A stretch of 64,000 nt of DNA from Andalucia godoyi And28 (Eukaryota > Protista > Jakobida), in assembly GCA_009859145.1 (NCBI GenBank), contig VRVR01000013.1, positions 24,786 to 88,785 on the forward strand. Direction: 5' to 3'. Shown here in pieces: positions 1-10,501 of this stretch. Position numbers and translations under genes: made by a program. The notes beneath the pieces are model-generated. The model did no database searches, was not told the DNA's origin, and saw only the letters and a program-made list of their open reading frames with translations. Each line of letters opens with the position of its first letter. Positions within the stretch are counted from its first letter, which is position 1.

Positions 1-32
<32 letters not shown>
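1..32. repeat. (GA)n microsatellite, truncated by the window edge
   Basis: Direct reading of the sequence. Confidence 0.95.
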
Positions 33-43
<11 letters not shown>

Positions 44-98
44 GGAAATGTACAACTTTAACACAATTATTATCGGAGCGTTGAAACAAGAAGACTTT

Positions 99-1436
99 CT
101 AAACTTGCTGGGTCTGGTCCGTATCAAAAGACACGGGAAAGGAAACCGTATCACCATGGCTTCCTGGATGATGGAAACTATCAATGGAACCGGAAACAGG
201 CAATCTCTGCGGACTACTTTCCCCATACCTCCTCGATCCGTAAGAAACATTTTCAGAACTAGCACTCACGGGAACGGAATAGGATGAAGTGTACGTCGAT
301 GACGCGGCCGCGTCAAAGTTCATTCCCATTCCCATTCCCGATCCCGATCCGGATGCGGATGCGGATGCTGCACCGGGTGCTGAACCGGATGCTGAACTTC
401 GTGATCGAAAGGCAGGAGAGACGCTTCCATGCGAAGTGCTAAAATCATCAGTGTGCACTGCCGAGCCAGTCCCCGTGAAATTGCCGTCCGTAGGCACTAG
501 AAGACCTTCTTTTTGTTCTCGCTTGGCCAGTTTGCGGAGAGTGGCTTCCGAGGGACCCTGAGGAGCCTGAATAACGGGAATCTCCGAGGCCTCCACTTCC
601 TGCAAATCCATCTGGGTGGCAGAAGCAGAGATATCCAATTGTGACTGGCTCATGTCATCCATGCTGGTTGACGTCATGTCGCTCATGTTGGAATCTACGG
701 ACGCCGCGGACTGCGATCTTCTCAGTTTTCTGCGTTCTCGATGAGCGCGGACCATGCGACGCGCAACCTGGTGGGTCCGATACGTCATGTATGCGAACGA
801 CATCCCTCCAAGAATAAGCGCAGGAATGTACAAACAATACATCGGAAACGACACTGCGGCTGCACCGCCAAAAGCCGAACCTATAAGGAAGGAGAAGTAG
901 ATGGGAATAAATATTCTCAACTTCCACACATTGCCGTATTCTTTCCTTGCAATCTGGCCAAATATCGCACCAATATCCGACACGATACCAGTCATGTGGG
1001 TCGTTCGGATAATAGCCTTGGAGTACGTCGTGATGAGAGCATTTTGCAGTCCACAGGCTCCGGATAGCAGGTATTCGCCCGATCGTCGAGTCCACAGATC
1101 ATACGACGGATTGAGCAGGAAAGCAGCTCCCGCAACCATCCCAGCCTCGATGCCAATAGCAAGATTGTACTTGTGGCCGACCGCAAACGACTGCGACGGA
1201 ACAATCACGCCCGCCAGAAACGAGCCAAACATGAATGAAAACAGCAGAAGAACATTTCGCAATACACCATCGGAACTTTGAACAACTGCCTGGTCTGCAA
1301 GCGTCGACGTGATACCCGTCACATGCGACACTCCGTGGCTCACAAGAATTATCGCTGCTCCATTCATGTACCCTGCAATAGTAGCAAACGTCGACGTCAC
1401 AGCCACAATCAAGTGGAAATATCGGTCTGGAAGCAT
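99..1436 (-). CDS. DUF1275/YoaK-family multi-pass membrane protein with a long low-complexity C-terminal tail
   Basis: Motifs GYMNG..SHVTGITS, CGLQNALITTYS, IIRTTHMTGIVSDIG and several hydrophobic helices. First ATG is at 1436; the ORF track starts at a TTG at 1469. Confidence 0.8.
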   Translation of the reverse strand: MLPDRYFHLIVAVTSTFATIAGYMNGAAIILVSHGVSHVTGITSTLADQAVVQSSDGVLRNVLLLFSFMFGSFLAGVIVPSQSFAVGHKYNLAIGIEAGMVAGAAFLLNPSYDLWTRRSGEYLLSGACGLQNALITTYSKAIIRTTHMTGIVSDIGAIFGQIARKEYGNVWKLRIFIPIYFSFLIGSAFGGAAAVSFPMYCLYIPALILGGMSFAYMTYRTHQVARRMVRAHRERRKLRRSQSAASVDSNMSDMTSTSMDDMSQSQLDISASATQMDLQEVEASEIPVIQAPQGPSEATLRKLAKREQKEGLLVPTDGNFTGTGSAVHTDDFSTSHGSVSPAFRSRSSASGSAPGAASASASGSGSGMGMGMNFDAAASSTYTSSYSVPVSASSENVSYGSRRYGESSPQRLPVSGSIDSFHHPGSHGDTVSFPVSFDTDQTQQV

Positions 1437-2071
1437 CCGTGCGGCCAAAGTCAAAGCGACAATGCCCAAGGTCAGAAATCAATAGAAGTGACGAGAAGTG
1501 ACGGACTCCTTGCTATTTTCTTCCTGTTCCAAAGACGACTCCAAGAGGTAGAAAAAAGAAGAAGACGCAGCAGCAAAGCTGTCCGTTCAACAGAAGGAAG
1601 ACGAAAAACCTACAAAAAGAAAAGAAAACATGAAAAGGAATGCGAAATTGAAGAAGAAACGTTTTGCTCAGCGAATACCATGGTAATCATCGTGATCAAG
1701 TTTTGTGTGGGCAAATCGAAATCGAAAAACATAAGGGGAGCATTTTAAGTGCATAATCGATCCGCAACAAACGGGAAAAGTGTATTCTTGTGTCACTTGA
1801 GACGAGCAAACATATACACATATATCCCCGCGGAAATTTCCCGACGCAGCAATTTTTGGCTGAAACTTGAAATCGATCGTGAGGGATTGGGAAAAAACCA
1901 GGGTTCTAACGAGAAGCTACGAGTTCCCCGACCGCTGTTTCGTCTCCTCGCGTCCTTTTTTTTCCCCCTCTTCTCCCCTTTTCTTTGTTTTTGCATTGTT
2001 TTCGTCTCCTTCACCGTTCTATACCTGAAAGAAAGTGAGAAGAAGGAAAGAAAACAAACTCAAAGCTTATC

Positions 2072-3310
2072 ATGACAAAGGGAGGAAAGCACCACGGTGA
2101 AAAGTCTGCTGAACCGGAAGCAAAGTCGTCCAATGCGAAAGCACTGCAGTTCCATTCAAAGGATTCCAAGGACTCCAAAAAGGGAACTGCGGCTGCAGCT
2201 GCAGAATCTGCAAAGAAGCCTGTTCGAGTAAAGAAGCAGAAACCGGTGGACACCGAGACGTGGCGGAAGCTTATCGAGTCTCGGCGCAAGATCATTCACG
2301 AACATGTCATCATGGACGGCATGGTAACTGTCCGTGAGTTTGATAATATGGACTGCGACGGAGCATTTATTCTGGAAGGATTTCCAGCAGAAGGCGTCAC
2401 TGCGATTCTGACTGCACAGTTCTTTGTGGACGCACTCAACTTGCCGCTGATCGGCGACATGGTGTCGACGGAGTTTCCTCCGACATGCACGGTGAAGCAG
2501 TTCCGTCCGTCGCAAGCTTGCCGCATCTACGGAAACAAGCAGCTTGTGGTATTTGCATCCGAGTTTGCACTGACTCCAGAAGTGGCACATGCAATCGTTC
2601 ATGCTGTTTTTGACTTTGCACGTCGGCATCGCTGCAAGGCCATCCTCACGACGGACGGATACCCCGAGCAGGACAAGACCGCGAATGTCACTGGAGACGA
2701 TGATACGATGGCCGTTATGGATGGCGATGACTCTGGAAAGAGTTCGGAAGGACAAGCTACAGACAGCGGCGACGACTCGGAGTCAGAGGACGAGGACGAC
2801 GATGTCATCAGCAATTTCAAAATTGGAGTCCGCGGAGGCGGTGGTGGAGATGAAGATGGCGACGAAGACGCAATGGGTCCGGATGGAGATGAGGAGGCGT
2901 CGGCAGTGCTTCAAAAGCTTGGAGAATCACTTGATCGAGCAGTGGAACCAAAGGACGTGCGGTTCATCACAAACTCGATCCAGCTTGGAGACAAGTGTCT
3001 GGCACTCGGGTTCTTGCCGCTCAAGTCTGGAATCATCAAGGGCGTCTCAGGCGGTCTCACGGCAGACATGTATTTGAGAGACATTGATGTTCTGTGCTTG
3101 CTGGCTCCCTTCAATCCAATGTTGACGGATACAAAGGGAGCACTCGTTCTGTCCAAGGCTTTGCTGAACCTTTCCGGGCTGCAGGATATTGATACATCAA
3201 AACTAGAAAAGCGAGTCGGTAAGGTGGAGAAGAAGATCCGGTCGGTCATTGACAAGATTGCTGGCATCTCAGGTTCAAACACTGACGCTCCGTCCGGAAT
3301 GTACTTGTAA
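2072..3310 (+). CDS. PAC2/proteasome assembly chaperone family protein with an acidic insertion
   Basis: ILEGFPAEGVTAILTAQFFVDALNLPLIGDMVSTEFPP...RIYG and the C-terminal GIIKGVSGGL...PDxxxA-type segment match the PAC2 (DUF75) family pattern. Confidence 0.7.
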   Translation: MTKGGKHHGEKSAEPEAKSSNAKALQFHSKDSKDSKKGTAAAAAESAKKPVRVKKQKPVDTETWRKLIESRRKIIHEHVIMDGMVTVREFDNMDCDGAFILEGFPAEGVTAILTAQFFVDALNLPLIGDMVSTEFPPTCTVKQFRPSQACRIYGNKQLVVFASEFALTPEVAHAIVHAVFDFARRHRCKAILTTDGYPEQDKTANVTGDDDTMAVMDGDDSGKSSEGQATDSGDDSESEDEDDDVISNFKIGVRGGGGGDEDGDEDAMGPDGDEEASAVLQKLGESLDRAVEPKDVRFITNSIQLGDKCLALGFLPLKSGIIKGVSGGLTADMYLRDIDVLCLLAPFNPMLTDTKGALVLSKALLNLSGLQDIDTSKLEKRVGKVEKKIRSVIDKIAGISGSNTDAPSGMYL

Positions 3311-3744
3311 GTGACTCTTGCTGTTCCGCACAACAACCTGTTTGTCCAGTATGACGAAGTGGAATTTTAAAGATCTTCTTGGTCAATCAAAACAAAAGCA
3401 CGGTATTTTTATTATTCTTTTTTGTTTTGTTTTGGATTCTCGTGCTCGCTGTGGCTGAGGACTTGCAAACGCCCCTTTTGGCAGTCCAGCGGAGTGAGCA
3501 TGAGGGCAATTAATCGGATGGCTTTTTCATTCATCGGCAGCCCGGCGAACTGAGGCGGTGTCGATTTACGAACATATACTTGCATTATTTTTAATTTTAC
3601 GTTTCCCACCATGGACGGCACGAATACCACTCGCTCGGACGACGTTCAGATCGAAGTTGGGGAAAGCCGGCCACCGGACGCGAAAACTGTCCAAGAAGCG
3701 GTTTCCAAAAAGAGTGAGACTGCAACTGCTCTCCACTGCACTTG

Positions 3745-3855
3745 CCGCTCGCCGAAACGTGAATCATTATTGAAGAAATTCTAGACTTGACTACGGGTAC
3801 GAACATCGCTTCCCCCTGGGAACTAGCAAAGCAACCTTCCGGTATGACGTTGTTG
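3745..3855 (+). repeat. Dispersed element family A, copy A1: left and right ends fused, interior absent
   Basis: CCGCTCGCC..GAATCATTATTGA is joined directly to AGAAATTCTAGACTTGACTACGG...AAGCAACCTTCCGGTATG. Both parts match the copies at 23578-23960 (-) and 60715-61277 (+). Confidence 0.75.
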
Positions 3856-4058
3856 TTGCTGTGATGTTCAATGTTGAATACACAAAGCTGTCAACCGTAG
3901 AATCTGAGCCCCGGCGCGCAAACTGTGGAATTCGCAAGCTCCGCGCGTCTGTTGTCTGCTCCTTTCCTCAGCCTCCAACACCAAGAAGCAGCAATATCGG
4001 TTTTTATATTCTGTCTGTTTCCGGTCTTTTTCGGGGAGTTCTCTCATTCGTAGACAAG

Positions 4059-5423
4059 ATGCAGCATCTGCCAAAATCATTCTTTGCCAGCAACCGCACT
4101 CGTGTTGGCCAGTTCATTGGGGAGGCAGGACATGTGTTCCTGTTCGGAAATCGCAGCGGTGTCCGCGATGATACGGACACAGACCTTGAAGTTCGTCAAG
4201 AGGCAAACTTTTTCTACCTGACGGGTGTTTTGGACGCCAACTACTCGGCAGTTATTACAGTTCCGACTGGTGAGCTGACGTTGATTGCACCACAGATGAG
4301 TCCGGATGATCCAATCTGGTACGGGGCGCTTCCGTCGCTTGCGGAAGTAAAGGAAAAACACGGTGCTGAGCGCGTCATTGAGGCAACTGCGGCTCCCGCG
4401 TTTCTAGGCGAGTTGAAGCAGTCCAAGATCTTTGTCATTAATGAAGATTTCAAAAGGCTTGCAATTGCAGCACTGCCCGCGGCCGCTGCCGGTGAGGCAT
4501 CGATTGACACCGAGAAGTTGATGGAGGCACTGATTGAATCCAGGATGATCAAGCGGCCAGAGGAGATTGCCGTACTCCGCAGAGTTAACAAGATTTCGTC
4601 GGATGCCTTTGTGCTGATGATGCAAGAAGCTCGAAACTGCCGGTATGAACACGAACTCGAATCCATTTTTATGTCCTACGCGCGCCGACGTGGTTGCCGT
4701 CACATGGCGTACTTACCGATCGTGGGCGCCGGAAACAATGGCGCTGTATTGCATTATATGGCCAACAATGCACCGTTGAAAAAGACAGACCTGGTGCTCG
4801 TCGATGCGGGTGCCGAGCTGGATCTGTATGCATCCGACATTACGCGGTGTTTCCCGATGTCCGGAACGTTTGATGAGCGCCAGCGAACGGTGTACACCAT
4901 AGTGCTGAATGCCCAAAAGGCAGTTGCAACCATGATCCGCCCTGGAGTCGATTGGACGGATTGCCATCTCGCTGCGGAACGCGTGCTTGCCGAGGGTCTT
5001 TTGGCCGCGAATATTCTACGGGGATCGTTGGAGGAGATCCTGGAGAAGCGGGCAATGTCGGTGTTCTTCCCGCATGGCCTTGGGCACTTTATGGGATTGG
5101 CGGTCCACGATGTCGGCGGATATCCGAAGGGCGTCGAGCGTATCCAAAAGCCATCCTTGCAGTATCTTCGCTGCCGACGAGTTCTCCAAGAAGGCATGGT
5201 TATTACTAACGAGCCTGGCATCTACTTCAACGAGGAACTGGTCCGTCGAGCAAAAGAGAATGCCGAGGTCAGCGCACTGATCAACTGGGAGGAGGTCGAG
5301 AAGTACCGAGGATTCGGTGGAGTTCGCATCGAGGACGACATCGTCGTTACTGCAGACGGATGCGAGTCGTTGACGACTGCTCCCAAGGAAATTGAAGACA
5401 TTGAAAAGGTCATGCGCTCTTAA
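4059..5423 (+). CDS. PEPD: Xaa-Pro dipeptidase (prolidase, M24B)
   Basis: Motifs RQEANFFYLTG, LVDAGAE..YASDITR, PHGLGH..GLAVHDVG, TNEPGIYF and GGVRIEDD. Likely ATG at 4059 (MQHLPK). Confidence 0.93.
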   Translation: MQHLPKSFFASNRTRVGQFIGEAGHVFLFGNRSGVRDDTDTDLEVRQEANFFYLTGVLDANYSAVITVPTGELTLIAPQMSPDDPIWYGALPSLAEVKEKHGAERVIEATAAPAFLGELKQSKIFVINEDFKRLAIAALPAAAAGEASIDTEKLMEALIESRMIKRPEEIAVLRRVNKISSDAFVLMMQEARNCRYEHELESIFMSYARRRGCRHMAYLPIVGAGNNGAVLHYMANNAPLKKTDLVLVDAGAELDLYASDITRCFPMSGTFDERQRTVYTIVLNAQKAVATMIRPGVDWTDCHLAAERVLAEGLLAANILRGSLEEILEKRAMSVFFPHGLGHFMGLAVHDVGGYPKGVERIQKPSLQYLRCRRVLQEGMVITNEPGIYFNEELVRRAKENAEVSALINWEEVEKYRGFGGVRIEDDIVVTADGCESLTTAPKEIEDIEKVMRS

Positions 5424-5614
5424 CACGCCAAGTTTTTTTTATGTTGTGGTTGCTTTTGCTGTTGTGGTTGTTGCGTTTGTTGTTGCTCTTTTGCGTCTTT
5501 TTTTAAATTTGTTGTTCGTCAGTTGCGCACACTGTAATAATAATAATAAGAATAAAAAAAGACGAGGGATAGCAGAGAGAAAAACCTAGGGGCACAGAAG
5601 ATCTGCTTTGCTCC

Positions 5615-6748
5615 TTACTGATCTTCCAGATTCATCTTCATGGGTTCGGTGCCCTTCTCGCACTGCTGGATATTAAGCTTCATGCGCTTCGCCTCATCCT
5701 TGTACATTTTCCCAAGACGTCTTTTGAGAAAGCGATAGTACTTTTCATAAAAGATGGCCATATTTCTATTGAATGGATTTCCTGCAAAATCTGCCGTTGC
5801 TCGGCGAATGGACTCCTTGAACAGCGCATCCGCGCGATCCTCGTTCTTCAGCCCCGCATTCGCTTGGGCCATGTACAGCAACGCCATGGTTGGAGTCTTC
5901 CCCATCATTTCCACACCCTGGCTAAGCTTGGACAGCGCCATTGTGAAGTGGGACGCATCGAGCCAAACTGCACTGAGATCCACCAACAGCTGGCCCTGCT
6001 TCACGCGGTCCACGGACTCGCCGATTCCGCCTTCGAGAATAGCTTTTGCAAGATCCAGCTGGCCAATCATTCGCAAGGCATGTGCCAGATACCGCCTTGT
6101 TTGGTACATCTCCTGCTCGGAAGCGCTGAGCTTCTTCTGCGACGCGAGCACAGTGTCCAGCAACTGCACCGCATCCTCCAGCCGTCCCTGCAGCACGAAC
6201 ACCCTTCCTAGATTGAAGCGCGCCTCCGCAAGCTCCAGTGTGTCATCTGCGTCCGCAACTGCCTGGCTCAAATGCGACGGAATCATCTCTGGAGCCCCCG
6301 TCAGCGCTGGACATCCCATCGCAATATGCACCGCTGTTGCATAGCACTCTGCTGCATTGTCCAGATCCCCCAGCATCTTTTCATACGCCATTCCCGTCAG
6401 ATGGAAAAGTTGTGCGTTTTCCTTTGTTACAAACCGCTCATTCTCCGTCTCAAACGCACTCTGCAAAAGCTTCAGCGCTGCACCAATGTTTTCCCTTGTA
6501 TTCGTCGCCAGCAACTCCGTAACCTTGGTCCTTACACTTTCATTTGAGCCTTCACTGCTACTATTGTCCAAATGAACCTCAGAGGATGTGACGACTGCCG
6601 TCGAAAAGGAACGAATTGCAACCGGAAGCAACGAACACACGCGGACGCTCGAAACCACCGAATTCCCACATCGGACCGGTGACAATGGCGTCCTCGCCAG
6701 CGATAGTCTCGCAGCTCGAAACACTGATGTAGATAACACTCGGTGCAT
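5615..6748 (-). CDS. TPR-repeat protein with a probable mitochondrial presequence
   Basis: Arg/Ser-rich, acid-free N-terminus (MHRVLSTSVFRAARLSLAR). TPR-like helices such as AEARFNLGRVFVLQGRLEDAVQLL. Confidence 0.7.
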   Translation of the reverse strand: MHRVLSTSVFRAARLSLARTPLSPVRCGNSVVSSVRVCSLLPVAIRSFSTAVVTSSEVHLDNSSSEGSNESVRTKVTELLATNTRENIGAALKLLQSAFETENERFVTKENAQLFHLTGMAYEKMLGDLDNAAECYATAVHIAMGCPALTGAPEMIPSHLSQAVADADDTLELAEARFNLGRVFVLQGRLEDAVQLLDTVLASQKKLSASEQEMYQTRRYLAHALRMIGQLDLAKAILEGGIGESVDRVKQGQLLVDLSAVWLDASHFTMALSKLSQGVEMMGKTPTMALLYMAQANAGLKNEDRADALFKESIRRATADFAGNPFNRNMAIFYEKYYRFLKRRLGKMYKDEAKRMKLNIQQCEKGTEPMKMNLEDQ

Positions 6749-6959
6749 TATGCAGTGCAACTCGAAACAATAGAAAGAAATAACAACAATAACAAAAGGA
6801 AAAAGAGGGGGAAACAGAGGAAAACATAACATCGAAAGACCAGGAATTCTCGCCAATGCCTTTCCCAATCTTTTTCGCTTTTACCTTTTCTTTCATTATT
6901 TTTCATCCCTTTTCATTACAAATAAATATTAATAACGACATTTAACGCAAACTTTGCCT

Positions 6960-8260
6960 CAAGCATGCTCTTCCGAAACGTGGAATAGCCCTGCGACCTG
7001 AAACGCACGCTCGGCATGTTCCTCCACGCATTCAACAGACATTGCGTGTCCGCTTCGCCAGCCTTCATCAGACGGAACGCCGAGCCATTTTTTGGCAGTC
7101 ATGTAGCACTCGACGTCCAAAGATTGCACAAGAACTCTACAAAAAAGAGCAGAGTCTGTCTGCCCATTCGTTTCCCGCTTCGAGAGATTTTCAAATCCCG
7201 GATCCCGGATCCATCTTCAAGAGCACCTTCTGCATGTCCTCCAACGACTGGGACCTGCACTGGTCGAAACACTGTTGAGATCGCATTGTTCATTGTCACG
7301 TGGTTTCTCCCGGGGCTGACTGCCGTCTCGCCACCACCATTTGGACAAAGCTACTGCTTTTCCCGAAGAAGGAAACGACTGCTTCATGAGGATTCACTGC
7401 TCAACAGCTTCCGTGATCTTGAGCATCGTCTTTCCACCTCTGTTGGGACGACAGGATAAAAGGGCTTGAGGATGTCCACCGCATTGGCGCGATGTCGGAA
7501 GCATAGGAGCCGCACGACATGCCATTTTTCCCATTCGAGAGCCCCCGACAGTACAGCCGCAAGTATAGCACACAGCTCCCTTACACGACGGATGCGATGC
7601 GACAACTAGCGGGCAACAGATGAACTGTTTTTTGTAACAAGCGAGTGCCTGGTGGACGACGCAACTAGAATCTGCTGTTTCAGTTTCATGGTCGTAGGAA
7701 CTCGTACTGCACACCGCACAGCCAATCGCCCTTCGAGCGCCTCTTCTCCGCCCCATGAGACCCCCGGGTGGAAGACCAGTGACACACCGACCATGCCCAT
7801 CCATGGGCGGTCCTCGAAGCAAACGACAGGGCTTCACAAAACCGGATCCAGCCTTCTGGCAATGGCAGATGCAGCGGCGTTCCTTCGCGCTGCAGCATCA
7901 GAAGTTTCTCGTCATGCAGCTTGTTTTCCTTTTCAGGCAAGTAATTCAGCTCCTGACCCCAAAACTTGCGGTCGTCCTCTGTTTGGGCACCAAGGTACTG
8001 CGCCTTTGTTTGGTCAATCTTGCCTTCGACGATGCGAGTCTGATTTTCAGTTTCGGTTATTCGTGCGGCAGCTGCGTCAATGTCCTCCTGGACTTTCGAG
8101 ATCTCCCCTTCAACCATCTCCAACTGTTCGGGAAAGAACCATCACTGTCGACAGTTCAAAGACAGACGGACCCACCGCTGGCAGTGGCACGAAATGGCCT
8201 TCATTCGTTGCTGAAACAAACAGGATTGGCGACGTTGAAAATGCCGGCTCGTCTCACGTG
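6960..8260 (-). pseudogene. Degraded gene relic: N-terminal coiled coil plus a possible P-loop NTPase (Crinkler-like NTPase?)
   Basis: Coiled coil LEMVEGEISKVQEDID...KFWGQELNYLPEKENKLHDEKLL (8123-7880) and a Walker-A-like RPNRGGKT near 7427-7450. Multiple stops and frameshifts; no ATG-to-stop intact frame. Confidence 0.4.
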
Positions 8261-8664
8261 AGAGCCGCGGCAGTGTGACAGAAACAGAAGCAGCAGACAC
8301 GGTTGCAATGCAGACCCACTTAACGCCAGCTGCAGATGTGCGAGCGACTGGTTTTTGGACCTTTAAGAGGACTCTTGAGCGATGCTAGGCCCACGGGGAC
8401 CAATAAAACTGCGTGTTTATTCCGTTGAACTTCAGGTACGATTGGTGAATGCGCGAATAAACCTGCTCCCTTCACTCGAAACAAAAGGATCATACGCAGC
8501 GTAGTTTAGCTGAGTCGGCGTGTTTTTTGTTTTTGTTTTGTTGTTGTTTTTGTACGTTGGACTGAGTTGACGGTGGTGGTGGTGGTGTCGATAGACACCA
8601 AAATATTGAAGACGAAAAAAAAGATAGGCAAAACATCTCTTGTCAAGCTTCTCGGGGAACCCGT

Positions 8665-8970
8665 TTAGAAGCCGTAGAGAGTGCGTCCCTGGCGCTTGAG
8701 GGCCAGAACAACGTCCTGCGAAGTGACGGTCTTGCGGCGTCCGTGTTCAGTGTACGTGACTGCATCGCGGATGACCTGCTCAAGGAACATCTTGAGGACC
8801 TTGCGGGTCTCGTCGTAGATTCCCTTCGAGATACGCTTGACACCACCTCGGCGAGCCAGACGGCGGATTGCGGGGACAGTGATTCCCGAAATCGTCTCGC
8901 GGAAAACCTTCTTGTGGCGCTTGGCACCTCCCTTTCCGAGTCCTTTACCTCCTTTACCACGTCCTGCCAT
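8665..8970 (-). CDS. H4: Histone H4, divergent (101 aa)
   Basis: [19 protein letters not shown]...[15 protein letters not shown]...[11 protein letters not shown]...[12 protein letters not shown]. Confidence 0.97.
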   Translation of the reverse strand: MAGRGKGGKGLGKGGAKRHKKVFRETISGITVPAIRRLARRGGVKRISKGIYDETRKVLKMFLEQVIRDAVTYTEHGRRKTVTSQDVVLALKRQGRTLYGF

Positions 8971-9338
8971 GATTGCTGTTTGATTGAGATTTGATTGAGT
9001 GTTTTTGAATTGAGAAGAAGAGAAGGGAAAAAGAAAAGGAGAGAAACAAAAATCCAAAAAAAAAAAAAAAAACAGAAAAAGAATGACAGAAGAGGCACAG
9101 AAGACAAGACCGGAAGACGAGAGCAGTGAGTTTGCAAAGGCGTGAAATTTCACCGAGGGGCGCGCCAAACTACCCCATGACCGGGAGTGGCAGCTTGCTC
9201 CACTTTCCGCTGTCTCCCTCAATCTGTGCATTTCAGAACACACGCACAAAAGGTAGGAATTCTCTTTCCTTCGACCCACTACAGTCGGCAAAAAAATTCA
9301 TGCTCTTTTTTTCTCTTGTCATCTTTGGGGCGTTGCTC

Positions 9339-9769
9339 GCCTACATTATGCACTGAACATGCATATCTACGAATGGACATGCATATTCAATCTTGCATCC
9401 CGTTGCCAGGGAGGGGATAGGCCCCAACACGCCTCACGGCGTTCTTCAGATAGATGTTCCGCGCTCCGTTCTCAATCTCGATCAATCGGTGAGCTACACG
9501 CGGGACATGCAAACACTTTGCCTCCGCCGCTCGCGATACTCGGTCGCCTTATGGAACAAACGCTACAAAAAGTGAAACCAACGAATGATAGAACAGATGG
9601 CTACGGATGTTGCGTTAAAGAGTGTCGAAAATGCGGAGCCTGTGCCCCCGGCTGAATTTTGGCCGAGCGTGCGTAAGCACGGATTCCTGTGAAACAAACG
9701 TGCTAGTGTCGGCCAATGTCGACCGTGTGTGTTTATGTATACTTCCGTATATGCATGACAATGACGTGT
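9339..9769 (+). repeat. Dispersed element family B, copy B1
   Basis: Blocks 9351-9486 and 9572-9769 align collinearly with 48123-48258 and 48512-48714. Confidence 0.9.
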
Positions 9770-9859
9770 TATTATGTATTCAGCGGCTTCACCGATTTTG
9801 GTGCTTCGTCTCTGTATGGCTTTCTCAGTCGTCTTTCCAAACGCGACGCGATCAAAGTA

Positions 9860-10342
9860 ATGCCGCCGCGAGCAAAGCGTCGTCGAAGCGAAGCCTTTGA
9901 AGAGGATTTCTCGACGCTGTGGAATTACGAAACGGAGAGCGTGATCCTCGAGTCTCTGACGCATTTTCCCTTGAAGGGCGGTGCATCGACGCTTCTTTCC
10001 ATCATGAATGCATATGTTTCGCTTCGCAAGCATCTGGAATCATCTGAAGGAAACCATTTGCGGTACTTGCTCCCGCTGCTGAGTCTAAAAGCCGTCCGCT
10101 CGCGAATCGGGCTGTGGTTCAACATAGATCAGATCATCGGCGAGTATTATGAGGATGCGGTTTCAAAGCCATTCGCAGTCCCATCCTCATTCTTCACCAT
10201 AGATATGACATCGCAGTCACAGCATGATGCTTCGCCTTTGCAGACTCTGGGTTCCGACGCAAGCTCTCCGTCGGCGGTGGCTCAGCAAGGCGCCACAACC
10301 ATTCGGCCTCGCTCCACGCGCGCATCCGTCTCTCTGAAGTAA
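9860..10342 (+). CDS. CT20-family NuA4 subunit (EAF7/MRGBP-like)
   Basis: WNYETESVILESL..FPLKG, ..LWFNIDQI and KPFAVPSSFF resemble the CT20 pattern (WxxExExxL...PxG...YDxxxL...PF...F). ATG at 9860. Confidence 0.55.
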   Translation: MPPRAKRRRSEAFEEDFSTLWNYETESVILESLTHFPLKGGASTLLSIMNAYVSLRKHLESSEGNHLRYLLPLLSLKAVRSRIGLWFNIDQIIGEYYEDAVSKPFAVPSSFFTIDMTSQSQHDASPLQTLGSDASSPSAVAQQGATTIRPRSTRASVSLK

Positions 10343-10449
10343 GTCCGTTTGCAGTGGCGCCATACTCCATCCATCACCACTTACTATGCACCTTGGTTCT
10401 CTTCTTGCATGTCGAATGACGTTCTTTGCTGTCTTCTTGCACATCATTG

Positions 10450-10501
10450 TCTTCTTCTTCTTCTTCTTCTTCTTCATCATCATCATCATCATCATCATCA
10501 T
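10450..10501. repeat. (CTT)n(CAT)n compound microsatellite
   Basis: Direct reading. Confidence 0.95.

Noticed and set aside
3611-3784. 57-aa ORF MDGTNTTRSDD...RSPKRESLLKKF, partly in frame with the ORF at 60590-60949
   Set aside because: The similarity is explained by family A DNA homology, and there is no independent evidence of coding.
9575-9700. Family B core as a known snRNA or C/D snoRNA (Sm-like AATTTTGG; ATGATAG...CTGA)
   Set aside because: It lacks the diagnostic U1 ACTTACCTG, U2 GTGTAGTA, U4, U5 loop I and U6 ACAGAGA motifs, and box C is imperfect. It is kept only as an unclassified structured repeat.
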